IMG/VR virus record: IMGVR_UViG_3300045747_000527
Location: 96,001-160,000 of that record
DNA from: a virus
Strand: one strand, 5' to 3'
DNA length: 64,000 nucleotides
Within the stretch, counting starts at the first letter, position 1. Each line of letters begins with the position of its first letter. The notes under the pieces were generated by a model. It saw only the letters and a program-made list of their open reading frames with translations. It had not been told where the DNA came from and ran no database searches. Shown in pieces: positions 48,078-57,011 of the stretch. The translations under genes were made by a program, and so were the position numbers.

Positions 48078-48848
48078 CTATCTAGCCGCTAGGGTTACCG
48101 GAGGTCCGGTGAATACCACGCTGCTGCCTCGGCAGGCCATGCTCTTACATGCCCAGATCTTAGACACCAGGTCTCTGTGCCGAGGTCCCACTGGCGTACT
48201 GATAGTCACTCGCTTCTGCCCGGCGAGTTGAATGAAACGCAGGTTCTCCAGTTCAGTGGACTGCACACCCTGGGCATCTGCCAGCGCCTTCCACAACACC
48301 GCCACCCTTTGCGGGTAAGACCGGGGGATACCTGTGCGGAGCACCTTACCTCCCCAATTATAGTGAGCAAACCACGGGTGGTCTCTGTGCTGACAAGGGT
48401 AGCTCCGCACAGTACTGAGCTTCCGCACGGCTAGCTGAACGTTGGTCTCCGGCTTCAGCAGATCTTGGTATGTGAGCCTACCTCGGTAATTCACACACGA
48501 CCTACCATCCTTGTCCACGATACAGCGCAGCCCCATAAGACCCCCGTCCCAGGCAGCCAGTGTTCCGTTCTTGTACGTGAGTCGCTGTGCGGACTCGTTC
48601 ATGTCGGACTCGTTGATCATCAAAGACAAGATCAAGTTCCTGGAGATTCCAGTTTCTCGTTCCGCAGAGATGATGGCATTTCCTACGCGCGCGCACATCG
48701 CCTCATTCCATTTTGGGGTCTTCCACCGGATGGACTCTTTTAGCTCACACAGACTTTGAACAAAGCACTGATCTACCTTGTTCTCGGGCAGTGTGGCATT
48801 GGGCCTCGGCACTAAAGACAGTACCAAAGCGAGTAGTAAGCTGCTCAT
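48078..48848 (-). CDS. Lytic transglycosylase (SLT domain) with signal peptide
   Basis: LMINESDMN catalytic Glu, GLMG, NV..AV..L, HYNWG; MSSLLLALVLSLVP N-terminus. Confidence 0.75.
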   Translation of the reverse strand: MSSLLLALVLSLVPRPNATLPENKVDQCFVQSLCELKESIRWKTPKWNEAMCARVGNAIISAERETGISRNLILSLMINESDMNESAQRLTYKNGTLAAWDGGLMGLRCIVDKDGRSCVNYRGRLTYQDLLKPETNVQLAVRKLSTVRSYPCQHRDHPWFAHYNWGGKVLRTGIPRSYPQRVAVLWKALADAQGVQSTELENLRFIQLAGQKRVTISTPVGPRHRDLVSKIWACKSMACRGSSVVFTGPPVTLAAR

Positions 48849-48861
48849 CTTGCGCTCCTTG

Positions 48862-49668
48862 TTAGCGTTTCTGTTTGACTCTTTCCTCGATCTGATTCCG
48901 CAGGTTCTCTGCGACATGGGGGTCCAGCTCGTCCAAGGAGCGTTCAAAGATTGGCGCTTCTCGGCGGACCGGCACGTGCTGAAGTAGTCGTACCCAGCAC
49001 AGCATCTGTTCTGTGATCTTCGTTGCCTCTTGTTCTCCGTTAATGACAATCCACAATGGCTTCGTGTAGAAAATACCACGACCATCCGCTGGAAAGCTGT
49101 GATTTTGTTCCAGCCACCAGAGATCTAAGTACCGCTGCCGAACTCGGGCCAGCTTTGGCTTATCCCGCTCATACCGATCTCTCGCCTCCGGACGCCGGCG
49201 CGTTGCCTCCTCTACAGAGACATCAATGAAGAAGTAGACGTCAGCCGCGGGCAAAGAAGAGCTGACGTTCTTCAATATGTCCTCATTGAAGCCGTCCTCC
49301 GCCCCGTAGCAAACATTAGACGGCCAGTACCTGTCCAGAATCACGATCATCTCCAGCTCATGAAGACGTCGAATTTCGGCAGCTCCTTCGTATTGGTCGA
49401 GAGTAAACAGGCCGCGCAGGGCAGTCGTGTCGTCCCGCAGGCAGTACGCATACTCGGATACCGAGCCACCATCCACGTCTGGGACCCGGCTGTACATGAC
49501 CGACTCCTTCTTCAAACAGCGCAGAATGATGTCTCCAAAAGGACCGTCGTACCTTGGGAAAGACATAACCACCGACTCCCCGGTCTCCGGAGTATTCAGT
49601 GCCTCGGCTAGTTTCAAACTCTGGGTCTTCTTGCCCGCGGCATCGGGGCCCTCGATTACAATGATCAT
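48862..49668 (-). CDS. tmk: Thymidylate kinase
   Basis: IEGPDAAGKKTQ P-loop, ILDRY, FFIDV, DRYE. Confidence 0.88.
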   Translation of the reverse strand: MIIVIEGPDAAGKKTQSLKLAEALNTPETGESVVMSFPRYDGPFGDIILRCLKKESVMYSRVPDVDGGSVSEYAYCLRDDTTALRGLFTLDQYEGAAEIRRLHELEMIVILDRYWPSNVCYGAEDGFNEDILKNVSSSLPAADVYFFIDVSVEEATRRRPEARDRYERDKPKLARVRQRYLDLWWLEQNHSFPADGRGIFYTKPLWIVINGEQEATKITEQMLCWVRLLQHVPVRREAPIFERSLDELDPHVAENLRNQIEERVKQKR

Positions 49669-49670
49669 AT

Positions 49671-50147
49671 CTATCCCTCCGGTAATATCCAGCTGCTCAC
49701 GTCGGTGTTGAACATTTTGACGGCCCTCTGCAGTTCCGCCAATTCCGCTTTCTCCAGGTAAGACACGTACCGTTGGTGGTTTGCAGTTACCCTTTCTACG
49801 AAAATGGCGTGTTCCTTCTCTAGCGCAGCCATTCTAGCGGCATTATCGTTTTCGATCCGCTCAAGCTCCTTATCTGTCACCTCCCCCACGGCAATGATGT
49901 CGAAGTCTAGCCGCGTTCGTAACTCACGGATACGCGCCTCGATACTCCGGCTCATGGTTTCGATATTGCCTGTTTTGGCCGTTACTGCCGCGTCTCTGCG
50001 TTCGTTCATAACCGCTGCTGCTTTGCGAGACTGCGCGTCTCTGCGGAGCAGCGCCAAATCTAGCGACGCCCTGGTTAGGGCGTCCACTTTGCCAACCAGT
50101 GTGGTAAGGAGATCTTCACGTTGTTGCATCGGGCTCTTCTCCGTCAT
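49671..50147 (-). CDS. Coiled-coil hypothetical protein
   Basis: Start reset to MTEKSP; heptad-rich. Confidence 0.6.
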   Translation of the reverse strand: MTEKSPMQQREDLLTTLVGKVDALTRASLDLALLRRDAQSRKAAAVMNERRDAAVTAKTGNIETMSRSIEARIRELRTRLDFDIIAVGEVTDKELERIENDNAARMAALEKEHAIFVERVTANHQRYVSYLEKAELAELQRAVKMFNTDVSSWILPEG

Positions 50148-50691
50148 GTGCTTCTTCCTCCTGCTTTGGCAGGTAGTGTGCCCTAATCCACTTGGCAACG
50201 TAATCGATTACGCTGGTAGGCCGACGAATAGTAGATGGTCCCACCACTCCGATCTTACCGAATCTGGTGTTCTCCAGTTTGTTCACTATATGCTCTAGCG
50301 GAACGCCGTACTGCAGCGCCAACGAGAGCACGATAGAGAAAGCGTCGATCATTCCAGACGTGAAAGATCCCTGTTTCTCCACACTGAGAAAGACCTCTCC
50401 CAGTCTGCCGTCGTCGAAGTTCCCCGGCCGGATATGCAACTGAAGCTGCTCGTCCTCGCACAGCAGCGCCACCTCAGTAGAGATTCCTTTGCGGTTAATG
50501 GGCAACCTGAACCGAAGGGCATCCACGGGACCTGGATGAAAACCTTGGTTCTGGCAAGCCCTCAGCGCACTCTCCAATTCCGCCCGCGTATCGGCATACT
50601 GCTTAGCCAGCTCGGCGAACTTGCGCACGCTGGGGTTATCCAGCGCGGCAACAATACCCGGAAACATCTTTTTGATCTGCTCATTGATCAT
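50116..50691 (-). CDS. Stand-alone TSCPD-domain protein (NrdJ C-terminal-like)
   Basis: DGRLGEVFL...GS...DAFSIVLSLALQYGVPLE.IV.KL..TRF...TSVIDYVAKW. Confidence 0.8.
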   Translation of the reverse strand: MINEQIKKMFPGIVAALDNPSVRKFAELAKQYADTRAELESALRACQNQGFHPGPVDALRFRLPINRKGISTEVALLCEDEQLQLHIRPGNFDDGRLGEVFLSVEKQGSFTSGMIDAFSIVLSLALQYGVPLEHIVNKLENTRFGKIGVVGPSTIRRPTSVIDYVAKWIRAHYLPKQEEEAHDGEEPDATT

Positions 50692-50710
50692 TTCTATCTC
50701 CTCACAAAAC

Positions 50711-50749
50711 AAAAGGGTCCCCAGCTGGTTAGGCTAGGGACCCTCTTTT
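50711..50749 (-). terminator. Intrinsic terminator
   Basis: Minus strand 12-bp stem (one G-U) followed by TTTGTTTT. Confidence 0.7.
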
Positions 50750-50760
50750 AGTTACTACGA

Positions 50761-51375
50761 CTAAGCGTCCGCGACAGCGGCGTCTTCCTCGGCGGTGTCC
50801 ACCGGCATCGAATCGGAGACGCTCTTCTCCTCAGGATCATCCGGGAAATCCGGGTCGGTCTTCCTGACCTTCTTTGCCGAGTTCACCGGCTTCGCGGTCT
50901 TGGCCGGCTTCGCAGCCTTGCCTGCGCCCTTCTTGGCCGCCTTCTTGGGTGCTGCGGTCTTGGCCGCCTTCTCAGGCTTGGCCGCCTTCTTAGCCGCTGC
51001 CTTGCTGGGCGCCTTTGCCTCGCGCTGCATATCAGGGGCGGTCTCGTACTTGTCGAGACCCTTGGCGAACGCAGCACCAGTGGGGGTCAGCCGGTACTCA
51101 CCGCGCTCGCAGATCTCCACGAGACCCATCTGCCGTGGCTTACGCACGGAGTTACGAGCAATGCGGTCTGCTGTGATCTTGGAGCCGTCCTTGAACTTCG
51201 CTTTGGCGATGTCCTTCATGCTGAGCGCCGTGCGCTTGGGCAGGTCAGCTGCCAACGCCGCGATCACCTTGAGGTGATCTCTCCGCAGGGCAGACGGCTT
51301 TCGCTCACGTGCCTCCCTCTTCTTTGCGGTCTTCTCGGGGGCGCTGGTCTTCTTCGCTTTTGTCTTCTCGGCCAT
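50761..51375 (-). CDS. Histone H1-like nucleoid protein: winged-helix core, K/A/P-rich repeats, acidic tail
   Basis: RQMGLVEICERGEYRLTPTG wing; AAKKAAKPEKAAK...; C-terminal DPDFPDDPEE... Confidence 0.75.
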   Translation of the reverse strand: MAEKTKAKKTSAPEKTAKKREARERKPSALRRDHLKVIAALAADLPKRTALSMKDIAKAKFKDGSKITADRIARNSVRKPRQMGLVEICERGEYRLTPTGAAFAKGLDKYETAPDMQREAKAPSKAAAKKAAKPEKAAKTAAPKKAAKKGAGKAAKPAKTAKPVNSAKKVRKTDPDFPDDPEEKSVSDSMPVDTAEEDAAVADA

Positions 51376-51415
51376 TGGTATCCTCCAGGGTTCTTTGATC
51401 TAACCGATCTGCCGT

Positions 51416-51444
51416 AGATTGCGCGATGACAGATTATCTGTCAA
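51416..51444 (-). promoter_or_regulatory. Sigma-70-type promoter with a 17-bp palindromic operator over the -35
   Basis: Minus strand TTGACA-17 bp-CAATCT; palindrome TGACAGAT-T-ATCTGTCA at 51427-51443. Confidence 0.55.
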
Positions 51445-51566
51445 GGGCTTTCTGGATAATTGTATCCGCTAGGTATCGGCTAGAGACATTTCTCTCATAC
51501 CCCGGAGATCGTAAATTTTTCACTTTACTGGGTATGAGAAGCCTGACCATTATCTAAGGAGTCCCA

Positions 51567-52028
51567 ATGATCCAGTGCGCTATCACCCTCTTAGATCTGC
51601 CACCACCAGGAGCCTGGCGATACGACCAATTCGCTGACTGGCTTCACCCGCTGAACGGTCCCCTACCAGACCTGTACTGCGCCGCAGATAGCCCGACAGA
51701 TCACTACGTAGTGGCCCTGTGGCTCTGCTACGACAGAAAGAGTAAAGTCAGCCACTGCATCACAGTACTGGAGTGTCCAGAAAAGCCCACAGGCCGTGGA
51801 TCAATTCTCTGGTCCGCCAGATGGGCGTGCACGTCCAACAAATCTCTCCTCAACCCCAAAACCCAACAACTGGTCTCCCGCTCCCTGTACTCTTACGAGT
51901 CCCCAGAACGATTCTTGGCTGACTTCATTCCAGCCGTGATATTGGATGCCGAGACTTACCCACTGGGTAGCCCGGTGTCGGGCAGAAGTTTGATCATTCG
52001 GAATGGCCAATTCACCAAAAGTACGTAG
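51567..52028 (+). CDS. Hypothetical protein
   Basis: 153 aa, AAGGAG RBS. Confidence 0.6.
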   Translation: MIQCAITLLDLPPPGAWRYDQFADWLHPLNGPLPDLYCAADSPTDHYVVALWLCYDRKSKVSHCITVLECPEKPTGRGSILWSARWACTSNKSLLNPKTQQLVSRSLYSYESPERFLADFIPAVILDAETYPLGSPVSGRSLIIRNGQFTKST

Positions 52029-52036
52029 GAGGTTCC

Positions 52037-53002
52037 ATGGTAATCAAGCGCGAAACAAAAGAAATCCCCCTCAGCAAGATCACTATCTCTCCGCTGCACT
52101 TCGAACGAGAGCACACGGCGGAACAGGTAGCAAAGATGGTCGAGAGTATCCAAGACGCGGGCGGTGTCATCAACATGCCCACCGTGCGGAAGAGCGGCAA
52201 GGTGTATGAGCTACTCGCAGGTAAACGCCGCCTCACCGCCATGAAGATTCTCCACTTCAGGCAGGCGCGCTTCGACGTGGTCACCTGTGACGACAACACT
52301 GCCGAGATGCTGTCCATCAAGGAGAACCTGGACGGAACTGACCCTCTGTCTCCCACGGATAAGATACGAGCAGTAGAGAGGGCCATGGTCATCGCACGAG
52401 ATCGCATTACCGCCCGCCCTGACCGACCTGACCCCGCCCGCCTCAAGAACAAGAAAACAAAGGTCAGGTCTGACCCAGACCCCGAAGATCATGATGACGA
52501 GGAAACGGACAGCGGCGTAACTGAGATGCAGGTACGAGAGGCGGCTGCCAAAGACCTGGGCGTCAGCCCCACCACCGTGAACCAAACCCTCAAATTGAAA
52601 AACCTGGTCCCCGCGGCCCTACGTGCCTACGAGAAGAAGAGGATCTCTAAGCAACAAGCAGTCATGCTCTCCGGCCTGTCCCCGTCAGAGCAGCACAAGA
52701 AGCTTCCCAAAATACTACGGGAATCTCAGAGAGAAACCTCTAACCGAGAATCACTGGAGAAGCTGAGCAAAGATCCTGACTACAAAGTCTCCATGCGGGA
52801 GGTGGGCAAGCTCGGCAACCACTGTGACGCTGCTCGGTTGATAGCAGAGGCACTGGACAAGACAATGTCTGCTGAAGTGGCGGCAGACATTGAGGAAGAG
52901 TTCATGTCGTCGCTGGATCAAACTATCGTGGTACTGGAGCGCCTACGACAGAACATCAAGACCATGGCGGACTGGGCAGGGAGTGCGAAGGACGACAAGT
53001 AA
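52037..53002 (+). CDS. ParB/Spo0J-like protein
   Basis: INMPTVR...YELLAGKRRLTAM (GxRR), ENL, HTH AAKDLGVSPTTV. Confidence 0.85.
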   Translation: MVIKRETKEIPLSKITISPLHFEREHTAEQVAKMVESIQDAGGVINMPTVRKSGKVYELLAGKRRLTAMKILHFRQARFDVVTCDDNTAEMLSIKENLDGTDPLSPTDKIRAVERAMVIARDRITARPDRPDPARLKNKKTKVRSDPDPEDHDDEETDSGVTEMQVREAAAKDLGVSPTTVNQTLKLKNLVPAALRAYEKKRISKQQAVMLSGLSPSEQHKKLPKILRESQRETSNRESLEKLSKDPDYKVSMREVGKLGNHCDAARLIAEALDKTMSAEVAADIEEEFMSSLDQTIVVLERLRQNIKTMADWAGSAKDDK

Positions 53003-53239
53003 CTGCTGAGGAACAACCGGCGGGGGACCATCTAACGGGGTCCCCCGCAGCACCCCTTCCCGGAACAGTATGCCTGTTTTGTCCAGACTCTTTAGATAGA
53101 ACCACACCACATTCTCGGTGTACTCCACTCCATAGATCTGAACCAGCCCGCTCATCATCTGCACCATCTGCAGAGAGTCGAGCTGGAAACCAACACACCA
53201 GTATTTCTTTCGCCCTTTGCGAACTACCGGCGATGCCAT
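52943..53239 (-). CDS. Hypothetical protein (3' end overlaps parB)
   Basis: Start overlaps the end of the HAD gene. Confidence 0.35.
   Translation of the reverse strand: MASPVVRKGRKKYWCVGFQLDSLQMVQMMSGLVQIYGVEYTENVVWFYLKSLDKTGILFREGVLRGTPLDGPPPVVPQQLLVVLRTPCPVRHGLDVLS
53020..53048. terminator. 10-bp GC hairpin after parB
   Basis: gcgggggacc-N9-ggtcccccgc. Confidence 0.5.
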
Positions 53240-53580
53240 GGCTTGAACTCCAATACCTTTTTGGCAATGCCACGAGCGGTGCCTTCGAACGTGAGTGCCC
53301 GGTCGTCCAGGTACACGTCAGCGTAGATTTTCCGGCTTTGCTTCGGCGGCCCCCAAGGATTCTCGTTGATGTGGTCGAATGGAATACCGTACTCCTTCAA
53401 CTTGCTGGAAACTTCAGCGTCATTGTCCCGGACGGTCCAGATGACAATCTTCCAGCCGCACTGACGGAGAGCTTCGAGCTCTTCCCGCATGCCGTCGATC
53501 GGCTTGCCGATGTTAGGGTACTCGTCGTTGAGGACTGTGCCGTCTAGGTCCACAGCCACAACCTGGGGTCTGGTGCTCAT
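53224..53580 (-). CDS. HAD-superfamily hydrolase (phage PNK-phosphatase-like)
   Basis: AVDLDGT, IWTVR, ADVYLDDRA. Confidence 0.8.
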   Translation of the reverse strand: MSTRPQVVAVDLDGTVLNDEYPNIGKPIDGMREELEALRQCGWKIVIWTVRDNDAEVSSKLKEYGIPFDHINENPWGPPKQSRKIYADVYLDDRALTFEGTARGIAKKVLEFKPWHRR

Positions 53581-53606
53581 GCCTGCAGCGTACCGCAGAT
53601 ACGGGC

Positions 53607-53632
53607 AAAAGAAAAGTCGGGTTGCCCCTGAC
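53607..53632 (-). terminator. Intrinsic terminator closing the tRNA-array transcript
   Basis: Minus strand GTCAGGG-GCAA-CCCGAC followed by TTTTCTTTT. Confidence 0.75.
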
Positions 53633-53642
53633 TCATAGCAAC

Positions 53643-53770
53643 GATCTCAGAGCCGAGGCCGCCTTGGTAAAGCGAAGTGACAGTTCGCGCGGCAAGGTTG
53701 ACGAGACCTCAGGGCATGACAGACCCAATTGCGCAGCATCGCGTACCAAGGCAGCCTCGGCTCTGAGATC
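53643..53770 (-). ncRNA. Candidate novel RNA: 27-bp stem displaying three anticodon-stem-loop mimics (tRNA-Asp-like)
   Basis: Arms 53643-53669 and 53744-53770 pair with a single G-U on the minus strand; inner loops CTGTCAT, CTCGTCA, CTGTCAC. Confidence 0.7.
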
Positions 53771-53774
53771 TAAA

Positions 53775-53845
53775 TGGAAGCGGGAACAGGTGTTGCACCC
53801 TGCATCAGCATGTGGTTATGCCGCCTACACTATCAAGTGCCACGC
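53775..53845 (-). ncRNA. Degenerate tRNA-like RNA with encoded CCA (Gly-like 3' end)
   Basis: CACT/AGTG, CGGCAT-AACCAC-ATGCTG, GCAGG-GTGCAACA-CCTGT, then TCCCGCTTCCA; imperfect acceptor stem. Confidence 0.4.
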
Positions 53846-54121
53846 ATTCGCGTAGTCAATGGCCTTCCCGACTGCACGACCTCTACTCCCAACCCCCTCT
53901 GGGTAGACCGTGATCCCGCCACTAAACGAATCCGCAAAAACAGAAGGCATGATGTAGAAAGCGCTGGTATTAGGTATCCAAGCTACAAGAAAATCGTACG
54001 TATTGGGGTCGTGCTTTGAGTGCAGAGAAACAGTTCTATTTGTCTGCGATCTGCGAATGTCCACCAGATACCCTATTCCTTGGCCACTCTTCCACGCCCG
54101 CCTAACTTGAAGCCGCACCAA
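53825..54121 (-). pseudogene. 5'-truncated PD-(D/E)XK homing-type endonuclease
   Basis: RLQVR...GYLVDIRRS...YDFLVAW...FYIMP; the N-terminal catalytic D segment is missing and the frame runs into tRNA-Arg. Confidence 0.55.
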
Positions 54122-54150
54122 CCGGCCCTTAATGCCTACCCTTCCCGCAG

Positions 54151-54224
54151 CGCGCTTGGAGGGAATTGAACCCCCGACATCTAGCTTAGAAGGCTAGCGC
54201 TCTTTCCAACTGAGCTACAAGCGC
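54151..54224 (-). tRNA. tRNA-Arg(TCT)
   Basis: GCGCTTG/CAAGCGC; CTAGC-CTTCTAA-GCTAG. Confidence 0.93.
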
Positions 54225-54464
54225 ATTCCCTGCATTCGGACTAAAAGCCCAGGCTGCAGGTCGGCCCTCAGGTGTCTCTTCCCTGGAGTCAGCATCTATC
54301 TCAAGGTAGGCCGCTTTCGGAAGCTTTCGGAAACTCTCGGCTCCCCTGCGCTGTATCGATGAGATTCGCACTACCCTGATGCTCAGGTAGCCGGCGTTGT
54401 CTGGCCAGATAGACTCAGCCGGATATTCAAGAACTGATTTGTACCATACCTCGGGGATGGAGTT

Positions 54465-55937
54465 CTACTCGTAAGTTTTGGCCAAGTTATCCAGCTGCTC
54501 CTCCGTCCCACCAAGGAAGTGAAACGCCCTATACACGGTACCTGCCTCGATGAGCCTTCGGTGTATTGGATCGAGGGATTCTTCTCCGGCTCTCCGACAA
54601 ACCGTTGCCAGCACATTCCCCGTTCTTTCGTGTATTTGGAGTGCACTGGCTGTCCAGCTCGGGTACCACCCCTCCAGGTACGCCAGGTGTTCTAGAGCCG
54701 CATAGCGCTTGGCTAGGCGTACACGCTCAAGCGTACGGTCTATCTCCCCAACAGGTTTGGCTACGGACTCTCCCTGCCACACACTTGTGAATCTCTGAGT
54801 TGGCGGAGGCAGAGGTTTCGCTATTGTAGGCTGGAGCATGTAGTCACACTGCCAGTAGCAGGCGTACTTCCCCATGGCAGAAACAAGGAGGTCTGAGGCG
54901 ATGCGGAATCTCTGTTGCTCTTTGCTCAGCAGAGATTCTCGTCCCGCGAAGGTAATCTTTACCAGGCGCCCCTTGCGGTCTGTCTTACTTGGTACGTACT
55001 GGGGCGTACTAGCCTCTGTTGTGACGTCAACCTGGTCATGTGGGTGTGGCTGTGGTTTCAGCCACCAGTTTGGGAAGAGGCCGCTGTCAGGAATCCCTGT
55101 TCCCGCGATCATAGCTTGCGCCTCCGTCTGTATCTTCGCCGGGAAAAGTACCTTGGCCGGAACCCCCAGAGCCCCAGTGGCTCGCTTCTGCGCTTCAAGC
55201 ACATCCAGCATAAACTCTTTCCCTAGCGACACGTCAAGCTTTACCTGGTCCTCTTCTACCGCAGAGCGCGCCCACACAGGGTAGGGGCGTGGGACGTTTG
55301 AAATGGTGGGCGCCAGAGCAGAGAATCGACCCGACTGCGCCCCAATGCCGTACAGTACGGCGAGTTCTAGAGTCTTCGATGGCCGCGGCATTCTCTGAAT
55401 AGCAGGGGTACTGGAGACGAGTCTTCCTGTGGCGCTCTTCATTACCCGCCCAGCATTCCACTCTTCTATCACTCGTATCGCCGCCTCGACGCGACTTGTG
55501 GTTTTGATGCCTTCGACTACGCGAATGTCCCCCGTTTCATTCCTCTGCAGGCAGTAAAGGGGGCACAAGTACGCAGCTGCCCTGAGGTACTTTACCTGTC
55601 TCGGCTTTAGGGAAATGTCGCACGCAAAGTCATACGATCTTACGCCATCCTGGCGGTCTCGCTGAACAGCTAAAAAGGCTCTGCCCATTCCTTCGCTGAA
55701 GCAAGGCACTGCGAGTACGGCTCTACACGTTTCGCAAAACCGTGTAGTCATGTCTAAGACCTTTTGGAGACTGTCTGCCCCGATACTGCCCAGGACGTAA
55801 TCGTAATCAGCCGTCGCCGTGAACGAGCGGTCTATCAAGGCGATCAAGAACCCCCGAGTAAATGGGTCCAACTCTCTCATCCGCCGCGGGGCATACTTCG
55901 GCACTCTGGACGTAGATTCCGTTGTTGTCATGCACAT
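54465..55937 (-). CDS. Hypothetical protein, 490 aa
   Basis: Long ORF with AAGGAG RBS; the frame stays open for 92 codons after its TAG. Confidence 0.65.
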   Translation of the reverse strand: MCMTTTESTSRVPKYAPRRMRELDPFTRGFLIALIDRSFTATADYDYVLGSIGADSLQKVLDMTTRFCETCRAVLAVPCFSEGMGRAFLAVQRDRQDGVRSYDFACDISLKPRQVKYLRAAAYLCPLYCLQRNETGDIRVVEGIKTTSRVEAAIRVIEEWNAGRVMKSATGRLVSSTPAIQRMPRPSKTLELAVLYGIGAQSGRFSALAPTISNVPRPYPVWARSAVEEDQVKLDVSLGKEFMLDVLEAQKRATGALGVPAKVLFPAKIQTEAQAMIAGTGIPDSGLFPNWWLKPQPHPHDQVDVTTEASTPQYVPSKTDRKGRLVKITFAGRESLLSKEQQRFRIASDLLVSAMGKYACYWQCDYMLQPTIAKPLPPPTQRFTSVWQGESVAKPVGEIDRTLERVRLAKRYAALEHLAYLEGWYPSWTASALQIHERTGNVLATVCRRAGEESLDPIHRRLIEAGTVYRAFHFLGGTEEQLDNLAKTYE

Positions 55938-55943
55938 CTCCTT

Positions 55944-56126
55944 CTATGAATCTTGTTCTCTCCCGCCGATCAATTCGACGAGAACCTCTCCGCACTGAGT
56001 ACACTCGACAGTCACGCTGCCGGGCTCGCCGTTCAGACCCTCGTAGGCCGCTATCTCCAGCCGGTCGAGGTGTCCGTGTTTCCGTAACGCTTCTTGTTCT
56101 TCTAGTGACAGGGTCGCTATGGCCAC
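55944..56126 (-). CDS. Small Zn-ribbon protein
   Basis: VECTQCGEVL; AAGGAGG RBS. Confidence 0.6.
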   Translation of the reverse strand: MAIATLSLEEQEALRKHGHLDRLEIAAYEGLNGEPGSVTVECTQCGEVLVELIGGREQDS

Positions 56127-56139
56127 GAGGACCTCCTTG

Positions 56140-56178
56140 AAAATGAAGAAGGCCGCCCGCTAAGATTAGCAGACGGCC
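56140..56178 (-). terminator. Intrinsic terminator
   Basis: 13-bp stem (two G-U on minus) followed by TTCTTCATTTT. Confidence 0.65.
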
Positions 56179-56219
56179 CGTTACCTTTCTTATACCTCTT
56201 TCAGCAGCTGTATTGCTGA

Positions 56220-56738
56220 TCAAGTATCCAGTGGCCTACGCCAGTAGTTCTGCCACTCCTTGGGAGCGTGCCGGTCTAGTGGCACACAAATTTGAGGAAG
56301 CCAGTACGGCCTCTTTGGAACCGAGAGCAACTTCATGCCTGCCTGAGCAGGCGTTCGGTTTGCCTTGGCTCTGTTGCAGTCCACACATGCGGTCACGATG
56401 TTCTCCCACGTAGTCTTCCCACCCTGGGCACGAGGGAGTACGTGGTCGTATGAAAGCAGTTCTGTTGGGCCCCGCTGGCCGCAGTACTGGCACTGAAAGC
56501 CGTCCCTGGCGTACACGCCAATACGGGAGAACTTGATCTTATATTTGCTGCGGCTGAAACCACGAACTAGCTTCACTACTGACGGCATTGGCCATTCCCG
56601 GTCAACACCACGGATGGTCTTGTCCTGACTGTGCTCGATCACAATCGTCTTGCCGAGGAACAAATCGGTGATGGCCTTCTGCCAGCTCTCCACTCGGAGT
56701 GGCTGCATACCTACGTCTAGAACAAGTACCGCGGACAT
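56220..56738 (-). CDS. HNH endonuclease (McrA-like)
   Basis: RDGFQCQYCG...SYDHVLPRAQGG.TTWENIVTACVDCN..KAN. Confidence 0.92.
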   Translation of the reverse strand: MSAVLVLDVGMQPLRVESWQKAITDLFLGKTIVIEHSQDKTIRGVDREWPMPSVVKLVRGFSRSKYKIKFSRIGVYARDGFQCQYCGQRGPTELLSYDHVLPRAQGGKTTWENIVTACVDCNRAKANRTPAQAGMKLLSVPKRPYWLPQICVPLDRHAPKEWQNYWRRPLDT

Positions 56739-56764
56739 CGAAGACTCCTTTCTTTGGTTTCAGG

Positions 56765-57010
56765 TCACTTACCCAGGACCCACTGGTATCTCTTCAGATT
56801 CTCCCTAGCTTTGTCAACGTCTTCTATGGTCACCGAGGTCCCCATAGATTCGATCACAAAGCCCTCGACCCATTTGCCGCCGAGTTCTACATCCACCGCC
56901 TTACCCACCTTCGCCTTCTCGCTCGGCAAATACGCAACGTGCTTCAGCACGGAGCCGTCCTCTTGCTTGGAGGACATCGAGCACTGTCTGTACTGCTTGC
57001 TTTTATCCAT
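56765..57010 (-). CDS. Hypothetical protein starting 1 nt after tRNA-Leu(CAA)
   Basis: 81 aa MDKSKQYRQC... Confidence 0.6.
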   Translation of the reverse strand: MDKSKQYRQCSMSSKQEDGSVLKHVAYLPSEKAKVGKAVDVELGGKWVEGFVIESMGTSVTIEDVDKARENLKRYQWVLGK

Positions 57011-57011
57011 G

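Noticed and set aside
32019-49085. Upstream extensions in the ORF track (e.g. starts 32663, 40437, 44328, 46408, 47529, 49085)
   Set aside because: They overlap upstream genes and lack an RBS; internal ATGs with an RBS or coupled stops fit better
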